A DNA stretch of 64,000 nt, counting the filler, from an uncultured Methanosarcinales archaeon (GTDB lineage: Archaea > Nanobdellota > Nanobdellia > Woesearchaeales > CAYXTQ01), in NCBI GenBank assembly GCA_964608065.1. It is 4 parts of 4 records of this genome, joined end to end, with 100 filler letters (N's around TTAATTAATTAA, not from the genome) between each part and the next. Parts side by side here need not be neighbours in the genome. Positions count along the whole stretch, not along the records: positions 40,053 to 59,284 come from CAZSMA010000020.1; positions 59,385 to 64,000 come from CAZSMA010000096.1; 2 more parts are not named here. One strand, written 5' to 3'. Below are positions 50,186-60,047 of this stretch, piece after piece. The translations under genes and the position numbers were made by a program. The notes beneath the pieces are model-generated. The model worked only from the letters and a program-made list of their open reading frames with translations. It was not told where the DNA came from and made no database searches. Numbering within the stretch: position 1 is the first letter of the stretch; each line of letters begins with the position of its first letter.

Positions 50186-52954
50186 TTATTTCACGCTTTC
50201 AATTATTTCTTTAACATTAATTGTTCCTTTCAGGGATTTTGAAACATCTATCCCATCTTCACCATATTGGAACTGTACTATTTTCCTTGATGCGTCCCTT
50301 ACTGTGTGATCATACTCAATTTTTAAATCCTGCATTGCATTGGCTAATCTTCTGTAGAGGTAACCAGATTTTGGTGTACGTAATGCAGTATCCATCAGGC
50401 TGTCCCTACCTGTAATTGCACCAAAGAAAAATTCCCATGGCTTTAAACCACTTTTGAATCCGTCTTTTATGAAGCCGTGTGCCTCTGGCCCTAAATCACC
50501 TCTCTTGAAATTAGCCAGAGTTCTGTCTTTATAACCTTTTTCTATTCTTTTACCCCTCATAGCCTGCTGTCCAACGCAGGCAGCCATCTGGGCTAAGTTA
50601 AGCAAATTTCCACGAGCACCTGAATCAGCCATTATTATTGTATGGCTTGTCTTATCTGCATGCTCTGCTACTATTGCTCCTGTTTTGTTTCTTGCTTTAT
50701 TAAGAACTTCTAAAATTTTAAGCTCTAATGTTTCTTTGACTGTCTTACCAGGGAATGTTTCTAAATCGCCTTTCTCATAAGATTCAATATAATTTTTTAC
50801 ATCCTCATTTGCTTTGCTCATTACATCTTTAATCATGTTTTTAGCTTCTTCTGGAAGGTCGGTATCAGATATGTTCGTAGTGAATCCTGTTCTTAACAAG
50901 ACCTCTATTCCTAATTTGAACATTTTTTCTAAAAGATCTATTGTCATATCAGGACCATATTTTTTATGTAATTCCCTTAACAATAAACCAGCTTCTTCTC
51001 CAAGACTGTTCTTATCCATAACTCCTTCTAGGATCATACCATTTTTTATTACAAGATTGCTTCCATCACGTGATTTCCCATTAAAATTAAAATCTTCAGG
51101 CAACAACATGCTGAATATCTCTTTTCCATCAATCTCTGATTTTCTTGATAACATTGAAAAATCATTAACTCCTACTTTAAAGAGTATATCTATAGCTTCT
51201 TCCCTTGGGAATTTAAGCTCTTTGGTTAATAAATAATTTCCAGAAATTCCGTCCTGGACACAACCCATAACACTCAGACCATATCTTGGGCTGATAAGCT
51301 GGGTCTGGACTTCCATTAAAATTTCTGCTTCTGCCCTTGATTCCTCTGTTTGTGGAATATGTAAGTTCATCTCATCTCCATCAAAATCAGCATTATAAGG
51401 ATGACAAACTGCAGGATTGAATCTTAATGTTTTTCCTGGCAATACCCTGACTCTGTGGCACATCATGCTCATCCTGTGAAGGCTTGGCTGTCTGTTGAAT
51501 ATAGTTATGTCTCCGTTCATTATATGTCTTTCAACCACATAGCCTGGCTGCAGCTCTTCTATATTTGCTTCTTTTGTTTCATCTGTTATTTTTTTCTTTT
51601 TTCCATCAGGTCTTATTATGTAGTTTGCTCCAGGATATTTTTTTGGTCCGTTTTCAACAAATTTTTTCAAGTATTCAGTATTCCATTCATTTACTTTTTC
51701 AGGAATTGTTAAGTTAGTTGCCATTTCAAATGGAACACCAACTTCATTAAGTTTTAATCTTGGATCAGGACTGATAACTGTTCTAGCAGAGAAATTAGTT
51801 CTTTTACCAGCTAAATTATGTCTAATTCTACCTTCTTTTGATTTTATTCTTTCAGTAATTGTTTTTAATGGCTGACCAGACCTATGACGAGCTGGTGGAA
51901 TCTGAGCAACATTATTATCAAAGAATGTAGTTATGTGATATTGTAATAGATCCCATAAATCTTCGATAATTATTTCAGGAGCTCCTGCGTTAATGTTTTC
52001 AAATAATCTTTGGTTTATTCTTACTATGTCTCCAAGTTTATGAGTAAGGTCATCTTCACTTCTTTCACCAGATTCAAGAGTGATAGAAGGTCTCATTGTA
52101 ACTGGAGGGATAGACATGACTGTTAATACCATCCACTCTGGTCTTGCAAAGTTTTGCTTTAAACCAAAAATTTCAGCGTCTTCATCAGAAAGTTTCTCTA
52201 ACCTTGTCCTTACTTCTATAGGGCTTAGCCTTTTTTCATTTTCTAAGAAAGTAGTTGGCTTTTCTATCTTGACTTTTTGCTGTCTGGTTTTGCAATAAGG
52301 ACATTTATTTGCTGTTTTCAATCCTGAAATAATATCTTTAACCTTTATTCTTCTTGCTTCTACACCCAGTTCTTTTTCAATCTGATTGAGGGTCTCAACA
52401 TAAGCTCCGATTTTGTTTTTTGGAATCAATATTTTTCCACACTCACGGCATGTACATCTTAATAATGTTAATACAACATTGACAAATTTAATATGGACTA
52501 TTGGTCTGGCAAGTTCGATATATCCAAAGTGACCAACACATTCTTTTAGCTTGCTTCCGCATGTCTTACATTTTAATCCTGGATCAATGACTCCTAATCT
52601 TATATCCATTAATCCACCGTCAACAGGATAACCTTCTTTATCATAAAGCTCAGGAGTAACAACTTTAGCAGAAGCCATCTTTTTAATTAATTTAGGACTT
52701 AACATTCCGAAAATAATGCTTTTAACCTGTTTGTAAATTGACTGTTCATAAGGTTCAATTCTTTTTTTATCTTTCTCTGCTTTGTCTTCGTTTTTTTCTT
52801 TAGCTGCTTTAGCTTCTTTTTTTACTGGTTTCTCTTCTTTCCCTTCTTTCTCTTCTACTTCTTTCTTCTTCTCTTCTTTAACTTCTTTTGTAGCTTCTTT
52901 TACTATAGGTTTCTCTTCTTTCTCTTCATTTTTTGTTTTTTCTTTCTTTGCCAT
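50186..52954 (-). CDS. rpoA1: RNA polymerase subunit A' (Rpo1N) with K/E-rich N-terminal extension
   Basis: CKTC..CVGHFG, NRQPSLH and [11 protein letters not shown] motifs. Confidence 0.98.
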   Translation of the reverse strand: MAKKEKTKNEEKEEKPIVKEATKEVKEEKKKEVEEKEGKEEKPVKKEAKAAKEKNEDKAEKDKKRIEPYEQSIYKQVKSIIFGMLSPKLIKKMASAKVVTPELYDKEGYPVDGGLMDIRLGVIDPGLKCKTCGSKLKECVGHFGYIELARPIVHIKFVNVVLTLLRCTCRECGKILIPKNKIGAYVETLNQIEKELGVEARRIKVKDIISGLKTANKCPYCKTRQQKVKIEKPTTFLENEKRLSPIEVRTRLEKLSDEDAEIFGLKQNFARPEWMVLTVMSIPPVTMRPSITLESGERSEDDLTHKLGDIVRINQRLFENINAGAPEIIIEDLWDLLQYHITTFFDNNVAQIPPARHRSGQPLKTITERIKSKEGRIRHNLAGKRTNFSARTVISPDPRLKLNEVGVPFEMATNLTIPEKVNEWNTEYLKKFVENGPKKYPGANYIIRPDGKKKKITDETKEANIEELQPGYVVERHIMNGDITIFNRQPSLHRMSMMCHRVRVLPGKTLRFNPAVCHPYNADFDGDEMNLHIPQTEESRAEAEILMEVQTQLISPRYGLSVMGCVQDGISGNYLLTKELKFPREEAIDILFKVGVNDFSMLSRKSEIDGKEIFSMLLPEDFNFNGKSRDGSNLVIKNGMILEGVMDKNSLGEEAGLLLRELHKKYGPDMTIDLLEKMFKLGIEVLLRTGFTTNISDTDLPEEAKNMIKDVMSKANEDVKNYIESYEKGDLETFPGKTVKETLELKILEVLNKARNKTGAIVAEHADKTSHTIIMADSGARGNLLNLAQMAACVGQQAMRGKRIEKGYKDRTLANFKRGDLGPEAHGFIKDGFKSGLKPWEFFFGAITGRDSLMDTALRTPKSGYLYRRLANAMQDLKIEYDHTVRDASRKIVQFQYGEDGIDVSKSLKGTINVKEIIESVK

Positions 52955-52965
52955 TTTTTGTTTTA

Positions 52966-54768
52966 TTAGTATTTATTTTTTAAAATCAATTTAGGATATA
53001 TTCCTAAGCTTTTCAATTCATCCAGTAAAAGTTTGAAAGCATAACTCAGTTCTATATTAGTTATAGTTGTATTGTCTCCACAAACAGGGCAGTAGCTTCT
53101 ATCCTTGTATTCATCCCTTATTGCTATAATACCGCAGTTCTCGCATAAAGGTACTACAGTTTTATCTGAATCAAATCTTTCTTTTAATAATAATGATGCT
53201 CCGTGAGCTACAAAAGTATCTTTTTCCATCTCTCCAAGTCTTAAGCCGCCTTCTTTTGCTCTACCTTCTGTTGGCTGTCTTGTAAGCAATTGTATTGGAC
53301 CACGAGCTCTGGAATGTATTTTGTTTGCTACCATATGCTTTAATCTTAAATAATACATATTACCAACGTAAATTCTTGCTTTAAGCTGCTGTCCTGTCAT
53401 ACCATTGTATAATGTTTCAGTTCCATTGTCTCTAAATCCTGCTTCAAGCAATTCTTCTCTTAATTTTTCTTCTGGTTCACTATCAAAAGTTGTTCCATCA
53501 ATATACCTTCCTGATAATGCTCCTACCTTGCCTGCTAATAACTCCAGTAAATGCGCTATAGTCATTCTGCTAGGAATACTATGGGGTGAGAATATAACAT
53601 CAGGTATAATGCCTGTTGCTGAGAAAGGCATGTCTGCTGCACGTACTATCAAACCAACAATACCTTTTTGTCCATGCCTGCTTGTGAATTTATCTCCAAT
53701 TTCAGGAATCCTTTCATCTCTGACTCTTACTTGTACTAGCTTATTGCCTTCATAATTCTCTGTGATTAGAACAAAATCAACAACACCTTTTTCACCATGA
53801 CTTATTGAAACAGAAGACTCTCTTCTTACAGTAGAAGCCAGGCTATATTCATCCAAGCTGCTTAAGAATCTTGGTGGAGAAGTTTTACCGATAATTACAT
53901 TGCCTTCATTAACCCTAGCACCAGGATAGATTATGCCGTCTTCTTCAAGATATTTATAGTCTTTTTCACTTTTATATCCTTTAACATCCTTGTCAGGAAT
54001 ACTGACCTCATCTACTAACCCACCAGAATATCTTAGTTCTTCTGCTATGCTTGGTCTATAATAACAAGAACGGCCCATCCCTCTATCAATAGATCCTTTG
54101 TTGAGGATTATTGCGTCTTCTATGTTATATCCTTCATAACTCATTACAGCTACAACTAAATTCTGACCAGCAGGATGTTTTTCATAATTTGAAATATCAT
54201 GCATTATTGATTTTACAATAGGTACTTGAGGTGTAAACTGCAGGTTAACATCCATATCCATCCTTATAGAAAAGTTGGTGGCATAGAAACCAACAGCTTG
54301 TTTTTGGTTTTTAGAACCTGCGTTTAACCTTGTTGATTGATTAAAATTAGAATATGGGACTAAAGAAGTGATTAAGCCCAACATTGATAATGGAGAAATT
54401 TCCAGATGTGTGTGTTCTGGTGTCAGGTCTTTCTCATAAAATGCAATTAAAGAGTTCTCTTCTTCAGCAGCATCTATATATTCAATAATTCCTTTTTCAA
54501 CCAGATCGTGCCATGCTATTTCATTTTTTTCTAACTGCATGATGTGCTTTTCTGTGAATAAAGGCTTTCCGTTTTTAACAACTATCAATGGTCTTCTTAC
54601 TCTGCCACGATTGCTTTCTACATATACTTCATTATTTTCTTCATCATAACGAATATTAAGATTAGGATCAACAACACCTTTTCTTCTTTCATCTACTACT
54701 GACTTAAAAAAAGTTTTACCATTATCAACATTTCCTATAAATTTTCCGTTTACAAATACTTCTGTCAT
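52966..54768 (-). CDS. rpoB1: RNA polymerase subunit B' (Rpo2C)
   Basis: GYNIED, GDKFTSRHGQKG and GGLRLGEME motifs. Confidence 0.98.
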   Translation of the reverse strand: MTEVFVNGKFIGNVDNGKTFFKSVVDERRKGVVDPNLNIRYDEENNEVYVESNRGRVRRPLIVVKNGKPLFTEKHIMQLEKNEIAWHDLVEKGIIEYIDAAEEENSLIAFYEKDLTPEHTHLEISPLSMLGLITSLVPYSNFNQSTRLNAGSKNQKQAVGFYATNFSIRMDMDVNLQFTPQVPIVKSIMHDISNYEKHPAGQNLVVAVMSYEGYNIEDAIILNKGSIDRGMGRSCYYRPSIAEELRYSGGLVDEVSIPDKDVKGYKSEKDYKYLEEDGIIYPGARVNEGNVIIGKTSPPRFLSSLDEYSLASTVRRESSVSISHGEKGVVDFVLITENYEGNKLVQVRVRDERIPEIGDKFTSRHGQKGIVGLIVRAADMPFSATGIIPDVIFSPHSIPSRMTIAHLLELLAGKVGALSGRYIDGTTFDSEPEEKLREELLEAGFRDNGTETLYNGMTGQQLKARIYVGNMYYLRLKHMVANKIHSRARGPIQLLTRQPTEGRAKEGGLRLGEMEKDTFVAHGASLLLKERFDSDKTVVPLCENCGIIAIRDEYKDRSYCPVCGDNTTITNIELSYAFKLLLDELKSLGIYPKLILKNKY

Positions 54769-54783
54769 TTTTTTTTTTTTTTT

Positions 54784-56271
54784 TTATTTTACAGTTTTTA
54801 ACCCAATATTTTTTAGTTGCTTTATTATTTCATCTTCATTAGAATCTTTACTAATACTTGCTAGTAATGCAAGATTCTTTCTTAAACCAATATTAGTACC
54901 TTCTGGAGTCTCAATCGGACATAATCTTCCTAAATGTGTGCAGTGTAGTTCACGAGCTTCAAAATTTTCCTGAGAAGCTGATAGTGGTGAAACAACACGC
55001 TGAAGATGAGAAAGAGTTTCGAGAAAATTTAATCTTTGAATTCTTTGAGAAATTCCTTTTCTGCCGCCAACCCAAGAACCTGTTGCCATGCTGCTATAGA
55101 TCCTTGATGTTAACAGCTTGTCTCTGATAATAACCTTGATTGATGGGAACTTGCCCCTCTTGACAATCCTTTGGAAATTGTATAGTAAATCTCCGATAAG
55201 AACTTTTAAGTTTACTCTGAATAAATCTGCTAATAAATCACCAGATGTTTTTAATCTTTTATTCATGTAATGATCTTTATCATCTAATCTTTTTTCTCCG
55301 TTAGCCACCATCAAATATTTTTTAACCATCTTGCATAGATTGTAAGATTTGAAGACACGATCTTCTTTTTTTATCCCTAAATGAGGCAGCAAATATTTAT
55401 CTAATATTTCACGCATCCTATCAATCCTTATTTCCTTTGACTGAGTGATGCCTATCTTTTTTGCAATCCAATCCAATGCTTCTTCTTCTGTATTTATATC
55501 AACAAACTCATAAAGATTAATGATGATCTCGTCATATTGTTTTGTTGAACTTACAAATTTCATGATGTCTTCATCTTTTAATAAACCTAAAGCTTTTATT
55601 ACAATCACAATAGGGATTCTTTTGACTCTTGTGAAAGTTAAGTAAAACACTCCATCTTTCATTCTTTCCAAAGTATGTGGAATTTTGAATGAACCTCGTT
55701 CAGAGAATAATTTTCCAGTATAATCTGTAACACCTACTGTTTTTTTTTCAACAAGCATTATATTAGAAGCAAGATCTTCTATGTTGATTAGTACTCTCTC
55801 AGTTCCATTGATTATAAAATATCCCCCCGGGTCATCAGGGTCTTCGCCTTTTTCTATTAATTCTTCTTTGCTTGATTTACTTAAGTGGCAGTATTTGCTT
55901 TTTAACATAATAGGCAAGTTTCCTACTTCAGTTGTTATGGTTTCCCTTTGCACGCCATTAATATGAGAACTAACTTCAATATAGCATGGGGCTGCATAAG
56001 TCATTTTTCTCAGTCTTGCTTCAATTGGGAATATTTTCCTTTTGCTTCCGTCTGCTTCAGTAATCTCCGGCTTTGTTACCCACACCTTATCTAATTTGAT
56101 TTTGAATTCGTCTATGTTATGTGGTATGATTGTTGGCTCTATTTCTTTGTTTTCTTCTATGATATCATGGATCGCTTTTTCTATAAAATTGTTGAAAGAT
56201 TCTATGTCAGTCTCTACAAAACTCTGTTCTTCAAAATATTTCTTGATCAAAGTAGTAGAATATTTACTCAT
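54784..56271 (-). CDS. rpoB2: RNA polymerase subunit B'' (Rpo2N)
   Basis: DPGGYFIINGTE, DDKDHYMNKR and CPIETPEG motifs. Confidence 0.98.
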   Translation of the reverse strand: MSKYSTTLIKKYFEEQSFVETDIESFNNFIEKAIHDIIEENKEIEPTIIPHNIDEFKIKLDKVWVTKPEITEADGSKRKIFPIEARLRKMTYAAPCYIEVSSHINGVQRETITTEVGNLPIMLKSKYCHLSKSSKEELIEKGEDPDDPGGYFIINGTERVLINIEDLASNIMLVEKKTVGVTDYTGKLFSERGSFKIPHTLERMKDGVFYLTFTRVKRIPIVIVIKALGLLKDEDIMKFVSSTKQYDEIIINLYEFVDINTEEEALDWIAKKIGITQSKEIRIDRMREILDKYLLPHLGIKKEDRVFKSYNLCKMVKKYLMVANGEKRLDDKDHYMNKRLKTSGDLLADLFRVNLKVLIGDLLYNFQRIVKRGKFPSIKVIIRDKLLTSRIYSSMATGSWVGGRKGISQRIQRLNFLETLSHLQRVVSPLSASQENFEARELHCTHLGRLCPIETPEGTNIGLRKNLALLASISKDSNEDEIIKQLKNIGLKTVK

Positions 56272-56506
56272 TTACAACCTCTCTATAAAAAACAGCTTCT
56301 CCTGCAGTAGGGCTTTTTCTGATTATTTTGATTATATCTCCCTGCTTAGCATCTAATCCCTTTATTGCAGAATCTTTTTTTAAGATTGTAGGCAATTGTT
56401 TAGAAGATATATTATATAGTTCAAGTAGATTAGTTTTCTCCTTTTCACTTAATTTAACGTGTTTAGGTACTAATATGTGCTTGTTTATGTCAATGCTTTT
56501 TTTCAT
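56264..56506 (-). CDS. rpoH: RNA polymerase subunit H (Rpo5)
   Basis: HILVPKH, QLP.I, RKSPTAG...YR. Confidence 0.97.
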   Translation of the reverse strand: MKKSIDINKHILVPKHVKLSEKEKTNLLELYNISSKQLPTILKKDSAIKGLDAKQGDIIKIIRKSPTAGEAVFYREVVNE

Positions 56507-56543
56507 TGTTTTTTTCTTTTCTTTTCTCTTTTGTTAAATAAAA

Positions 56544-56688
56544 TGGGCCGGACGAGACTTTCTAACCAGTTTTGATCTGATGATTTGAACTCGCGACCAC
56601 TGCATTAAAAGTGCAGTGCTCTGTTGCCCGGGCTTTTGCAGCATCTTTGATGTTGCTTATATTACCCACCAGGCTGAGCTACCGGCCC
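56544..56688 (-). tRNA. tRNA-Lys(TTT) with D-loop intron (56624-56668) and T-loop intron (56558-56583)
   Basis: Spliced: GGGCCGGTAGCTCAGCCTGGCAGAGCACTGCACTTTTAATGCAGTGGTCGCGAGTTCAAATCTCGTCCGGCCCA; BHB with GCCU/GGGC central helix. Confidence 0.92.
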
Positions 56689-56703
56689 TTTAGCATTATT
56701 AAA

Positions 56704-56830
56704 CGCCCTGGCCGGGACTTTCAAAAAACCTCCCTTTTTTTTCGAATAAAGAGAGATCTGGGCTTATTTTTGTTGAACCCGGGTCGAAGCCTCGACAGGG
56801 CTTCATGATAGGCCACTACACTACCAGGGC
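56704..56830 (-). tRNA. tRNA-Asp(GTC) with T-loop intron (56718-56771)
   Basis: GCCCTGG acceptor stem, CTGTCGA anticodon loop, BHB TTCA-ACA / TGAA-AGT. Confidence 0.93.
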
Positions 56831-56843
56831 AATAGGGCTTAAG

Positions 56844-56906
56844 CCAAAATAGTCCCCCATCTAGCTTCAAACGTTTATTTTGGTATTCTTATGGCTAGAA
56901 AAGGAC
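56844..56906 (-). ncRNA. Candidate structured RNA (pseudoknot-capable) upstream of tRNA-Asp
   Basis: 56852-56865 pairs with 56894-56906; loop segment 56876-56883 is complementary to 56844-56851; TATA-like box at 56939-56950. Confidence 0.35.
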
Positions 56907-57016
56907 ATTTTGAGTATTTCGTTTATATTATCTCCTGATTTATAAAGTTTACGGTATTTTGTGTATAAAATTGAAAAATATAAAAGGAATCATGGAGCGC
57001 TCATGATCCCTATAAA

Positions 57017-57225
57017 TCCCCATCCCCGGACTTTCACAGATTGATTGCGAGCGAATAGCGAGCATGTGAGACTTTAGGTCTCACCTTGCGTATCGATTGA
57101 GCGTAACCAATCGTTTTGAACCAGGAACCTTTCGGTAACGACTGACTGTTTATCACAATAGTCAATTTTTGACAAATCAAAACAGCTTCTACAGCCGAAC
57201 GCTCTAGCCATTGAGCTAGATGGGG
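57017..57225 (-). tRNA. tRNA-Tyr(GTA) with canonical 37/38 intron (57137-57188) and T-loop intron (57031-57114)
   Basis: 73-nt spliced cloverleaf CCCCATC...TTCGG-CTGTAGA-CCGAA...CCTGG-TTCAAAT-CCGGG-GATGGGGA. Confidence 0.92.
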
Positions 57226-57366
57226 TTTAAGTTAAAGAATTTTATTCAATTTATAAATGTTATGAAAATTATTGAAAATCATAGAAAGGTTTATAAAGAA
57301 GAAGATTTTATTTTAGTATAATAATAGTAGTAAATTTATTAATAAAAATAAAAAGAGGTTGATAGA

Positions 57367-57861
57367 ATGAGAAAAAAAGGTTCTTTAAACTTATCAATGA
57401 ATGCAATTGTTATTCTGATTTTAGCTATAACCTTACTTGGACTTGGTTTGAGTTTTATGAGAGGATTGTTCAAACAGATGGAAGGTAAAGTAAATGAGGC
57501 TGTAAGCGCACAAGAGCTTTCAAATCCTCCTACAATGGATAATGTTCTAACAACTGCTCCAGGTGATATAACTTTAAGAAAAAGCGAAGTTGGAGAAATC
57601 ATTATTGCTTATATGAGTACTTATGCTGGAGAAGATTCGTGTAGTTTAGATATTGATAATACAGGGGGTGCAGTTGTAGCAGACTTAAAATGGTCTAGCT
57701 CATCAACAAATATGCAACAAGACCAGATTAATAAATGGACTGTTGGTGTTGATAATGTTGATGGTGCTACAACAGGTACTGAATTGCAGACTGCAACTAT
57801 GACATGTACTGTAAGTAGTACAAGCTATACTAAAGATATTATTATAACATTTACAGATTAG
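57367..57861 (+). CDS. Pilin-like protein with class III signal peptide (paralog 1)
   Basis: MRKKG/SLNLSMNAIVILILAI...; GAGGT SD. Confidence 0.8.
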   Translation: MRKKGSLNLSMNAIVILILAITLLGLGLSFMRGLFKQMEGKVNEAVSAQELSNPPTMDNVLTTAPGDITLRKSEVGEIIIAYMSTYAGEDSCSLDIDNTGGAVVADLKWSSSSTNMQQDQINKWTVGVDNVDGATTGTELQTATMTCTVSSTSYTKDIIITFTD

Positions 57862-57870
57862 AGGTGAAAA

Positions 57871-58434
57871 ATGAGAAAAAAAAAAAAAGGATCTTTAAGC
57901 TTATCAATGAATGCAATTGTTATTCTGATATTAGCTATAACCTTGCTTGGACTTGGTTTGAGTTTTATGAGAGGATTGTTCAAACAGATGGAAGTTAAAA
58001 CACAAGCTGCTGTAAGCGCACAAGAGCTTTCAAATCCTCCTACATCTGATAACCCAATAACTACAGCACCTGGCACTATTACATTAAGAGAAAGCGAAAG
58101 AGGCAAGATTTTAATGGCATTTATGAATATGGGACCTGGAACTAAATATTGCCAATTGAATATGGAAGATGGTGATGGTTTGGATATATCTCCTAGTGGT
58201 ACAAGTGGTATCAAAAATATTGTAATATTTAATGCAGGTATATCACAAATGGCACAAGACCAGATAAACACATGGACTCTTTCAGTTGATGGTAGTATAC
58301 CAGGTACTGGTACACAGATTGTTACTGCAAAAGTATGTTGTGATGACACAGGAGCTGATCCAGTAAGTTGTACATCTGCAACAAATGGCGGTGCTGAGTT
58401 CAAAAAAGACATGATGATAACAGTTACTACATAA
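57871..58434 (+). CDS. Pilin-like protein with class III signal peptide (paralog 2)
   Basis: MRKKKKG/SLSLSMNAIVILILAI; N-terminus nearly identical to paralog 1. Confidence 0.8.
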   Translation: MRKKKKGSLSLSMNAIVILILAITLLGLGLSFMRGLFKQMEVKTQAAVSAQELSNPPTSDNPITTAPGTITLRESERGKILMAFMNMGPGTKYCQLNMEDGDGLDISPSGTSGIKNIVIFNAGISQMAQDQINTWTLSVDGSIPGTGTQIVTAKVCCDDTGADPVSCTSATNGGAEFKKDMMITVTT

Positions 58435-58450
58435 TTAAGAGGTGAGTATC

Positions 58451-58663
58451 ATGAAAAAAAAACTTACTCGTGATGAAGAATTTGGAATTATGAAGCTAGT
58501 ACTGGACAAGTTTTTATGGCTTGGATTTGGTATTATGGCATTTGGCCTTTATAAGATGGTCAATGCAGACATTACTAGTGGAATTGCATGGATGATAACA
58601 GGAGCAATAGTTTTGGTATTGTTCATGGTTGTTATTGTCAAGGAATATGAGGTAATAAAATGA
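58451..58663 (+). CDS. Small 2-TM membrane protein
   Basis: MKKKLTRDEEFGIMKLVLDKFLWLG...VKEYE; GAGGTGA SD. Confidence 0.8.
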   Translation: MKKKLTRDEEFGIMKLVLDKFLWLGFGIMAFGLYKMVNADITSGIAWMITGAIVLVLFMVVIVKEYEVIK

Positions 58664-59202
58664 GGGGGGAAAAAGGATCATTAAATCTTTCCTTAAACTT
58701 CCTTGTTATTCTGATTTTAGCTATAGCTATATTAGGCTTGGCTTTGAGTTTCACAAGAGGTGTTTTTTCAGATATGGAAGCTAAGGTTAAAGTGGCAGTA
58801 AGTTCTACAGAATTATCAAATCCTCCTACAAAAGATAATCCAATTACTACGACTCCATTTAAAGTTGAGGTTAAACAAGGAGAAAACACAGAAATTATTG
58901 TTGCATTTATGAATATAGAACCTGAAACTTTAGTATATACTCTAGATGTTACAAACACTGAGGGAGATAGTTGTCAGACAGCAGGAAACTGTGTTGTGCC
59001 AATGCAATTTAGCACAGCTGATTACTCAATGAGAGGTGGACAGATAAATACATGGGCTATGATATTCCATCCTGTAAGAGGTGACAGCCCTACACAATTC
59101 GGAAATTATCTCTATACAGCCAATGTTATATGTGGAGCTGCACAGGGTTGCAGCACAGAATTAAGACGTACTATTGACTTTGAAGTCATAGTTACTACCT
59201 AG
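58660..59202 (+). CDS. Pilin-like protein with class III signal peptide (paralog 3)
   Basis: MRGEKG/SLNLSLNFLVILILAI; shares ELSNPPT.DNPITT.P and QINTW with the other paralogs. Confidence 0.8.
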   Translation: MRGEKGSLNLSLNFLVILILAIAILGLALSFTRGVFSDMEAKVKVAVSSTELSNPPTKDNPITTTPFKVEVKQGENTEIIVAFMNIEPETLVYTLDVTNTEGDSCQTAGNCVVPMQFSTADYSMRGGQINTWAMIFHPVRGDSPTQFGNYLYTANVICGAAQGCSTELRRTIDFEVIVTT

Positions 59203-59211
59203 GGTGATAAT

Positions 59212-59284
59212 ATGAAAAAAAAACTTACACGTGATGAAGAATTTGGAATTATGAAGCTAGTACTGGACAAGTTTTTATGGCTTG
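59212..59284 (+). CDS. Second copy of the small 2-TM protein (truncated by gap)
   Basis: Near-identical DNA to 58451-58523 (MKKKLTRDEEFGIMKLVLDKFLWL). Confidence 0.75.
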
Positions 59285-59384
59285 NNNNNNNNNNNNNNNN
59301 NNNNNNNNNNNNNNNNNNNNNNNNNNNNTTAATTAATTAANNNNNNNNNNNNNNNNNNNNNNNNNNNNNNNNNNNNNNNNNNNN

Positions 59385-59418
59385 CAATAGGTCGGGGGTT
59401 CGAATCCCCTTGAGCCCA
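59385..59418 (+). tRNA. 3' part of a tRNA gene (identity hidden by gap)
   Basis: GGTC-GGGGG-TTCGAAT-CCCCT-TGAGCCC-A: T-arm and acceptor 3' strand. Confidence 0.8.
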
Positions 59419-59485
59419 TTATTTTCCAACATATATTTTCTAAAACCAAAAACAATATAAATGATATTTCCTACTTAAGTTATCG

Positions 59486-60013
59486 ATGAAAAAGCCAGAT
59501 AAGCTTGAAAATCAGCCTTGTCCTATATGTAATAAGAATACTCTTACTTTAATAGAGGAAGGTTATGAGATTCCTTTCTTTGGAAAAGCTTTTCTATTCT
59601 CTATGAACTGCAGCAATTGCAAATATCATAAAGCTGATGTTGAAGCAGCAGAGCAAAAAGAACCTGTTAAATATGAATTAGAGATTGACAATGAAAAAGA
59701 CATGCACATTAGAGTTGTTAAATCGTCTCAAGCTACAGTTAAGATACCTCATATAGCTACAATAGAATCAGGACCAGGGTCTAATGGATATATCACAAAT
59801 GTTGAAGGTATTTTTAACAGAGTAAAGGTTCAGACAGAGCATTTAAGGGATGATGCAGAAGATAAAGCAGACAGGAAAAAAGCAAAGAACAGAGTTAAGA
59901 AAATAATCAATATAATATGGGGTAAAGAAAAGTCTAAATTAATAATTGAAGATCCTTCTGGTAATTCATCTATAATTTCTGATAAAGCAAAGAAAACTGC
60001 TTTGAAAAAGTAA
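59486..60013 (+). CDS. ZPR1-type zinc-finger protein
   Basis: CPIC..IPFFG..CSNC, RVVKS, ITNVEG and IEDPSGNS motifs. Confidence 0.93.
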   Translation: MKKPDKLENQPCPICNKNTLTLIEEGYEIPFFGKAFLFSMNCSNCKYHKADVEAAEQKEPVKYELEIDNEKDMHIRVVKSSQATVKIPHIATIESGPGSNGYITNVEGIFNRVKVQTEHLRDDAEDKADRKKAKNRVKKIINIIWGKEKSKLIIEDPSGNSSIISDKAKKTALKK

Positions 60014-60047
60014 AGTATTTATATTAAAGATAAATAAGCTTTCTTAT

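Noticed and set aside
57367..59202. Diversity-generating retroelement acting on the pilin-like genes
   Set aside because: No reverse transcriptase, and the differences are not adenine-specific TR/VR-type substitutions.
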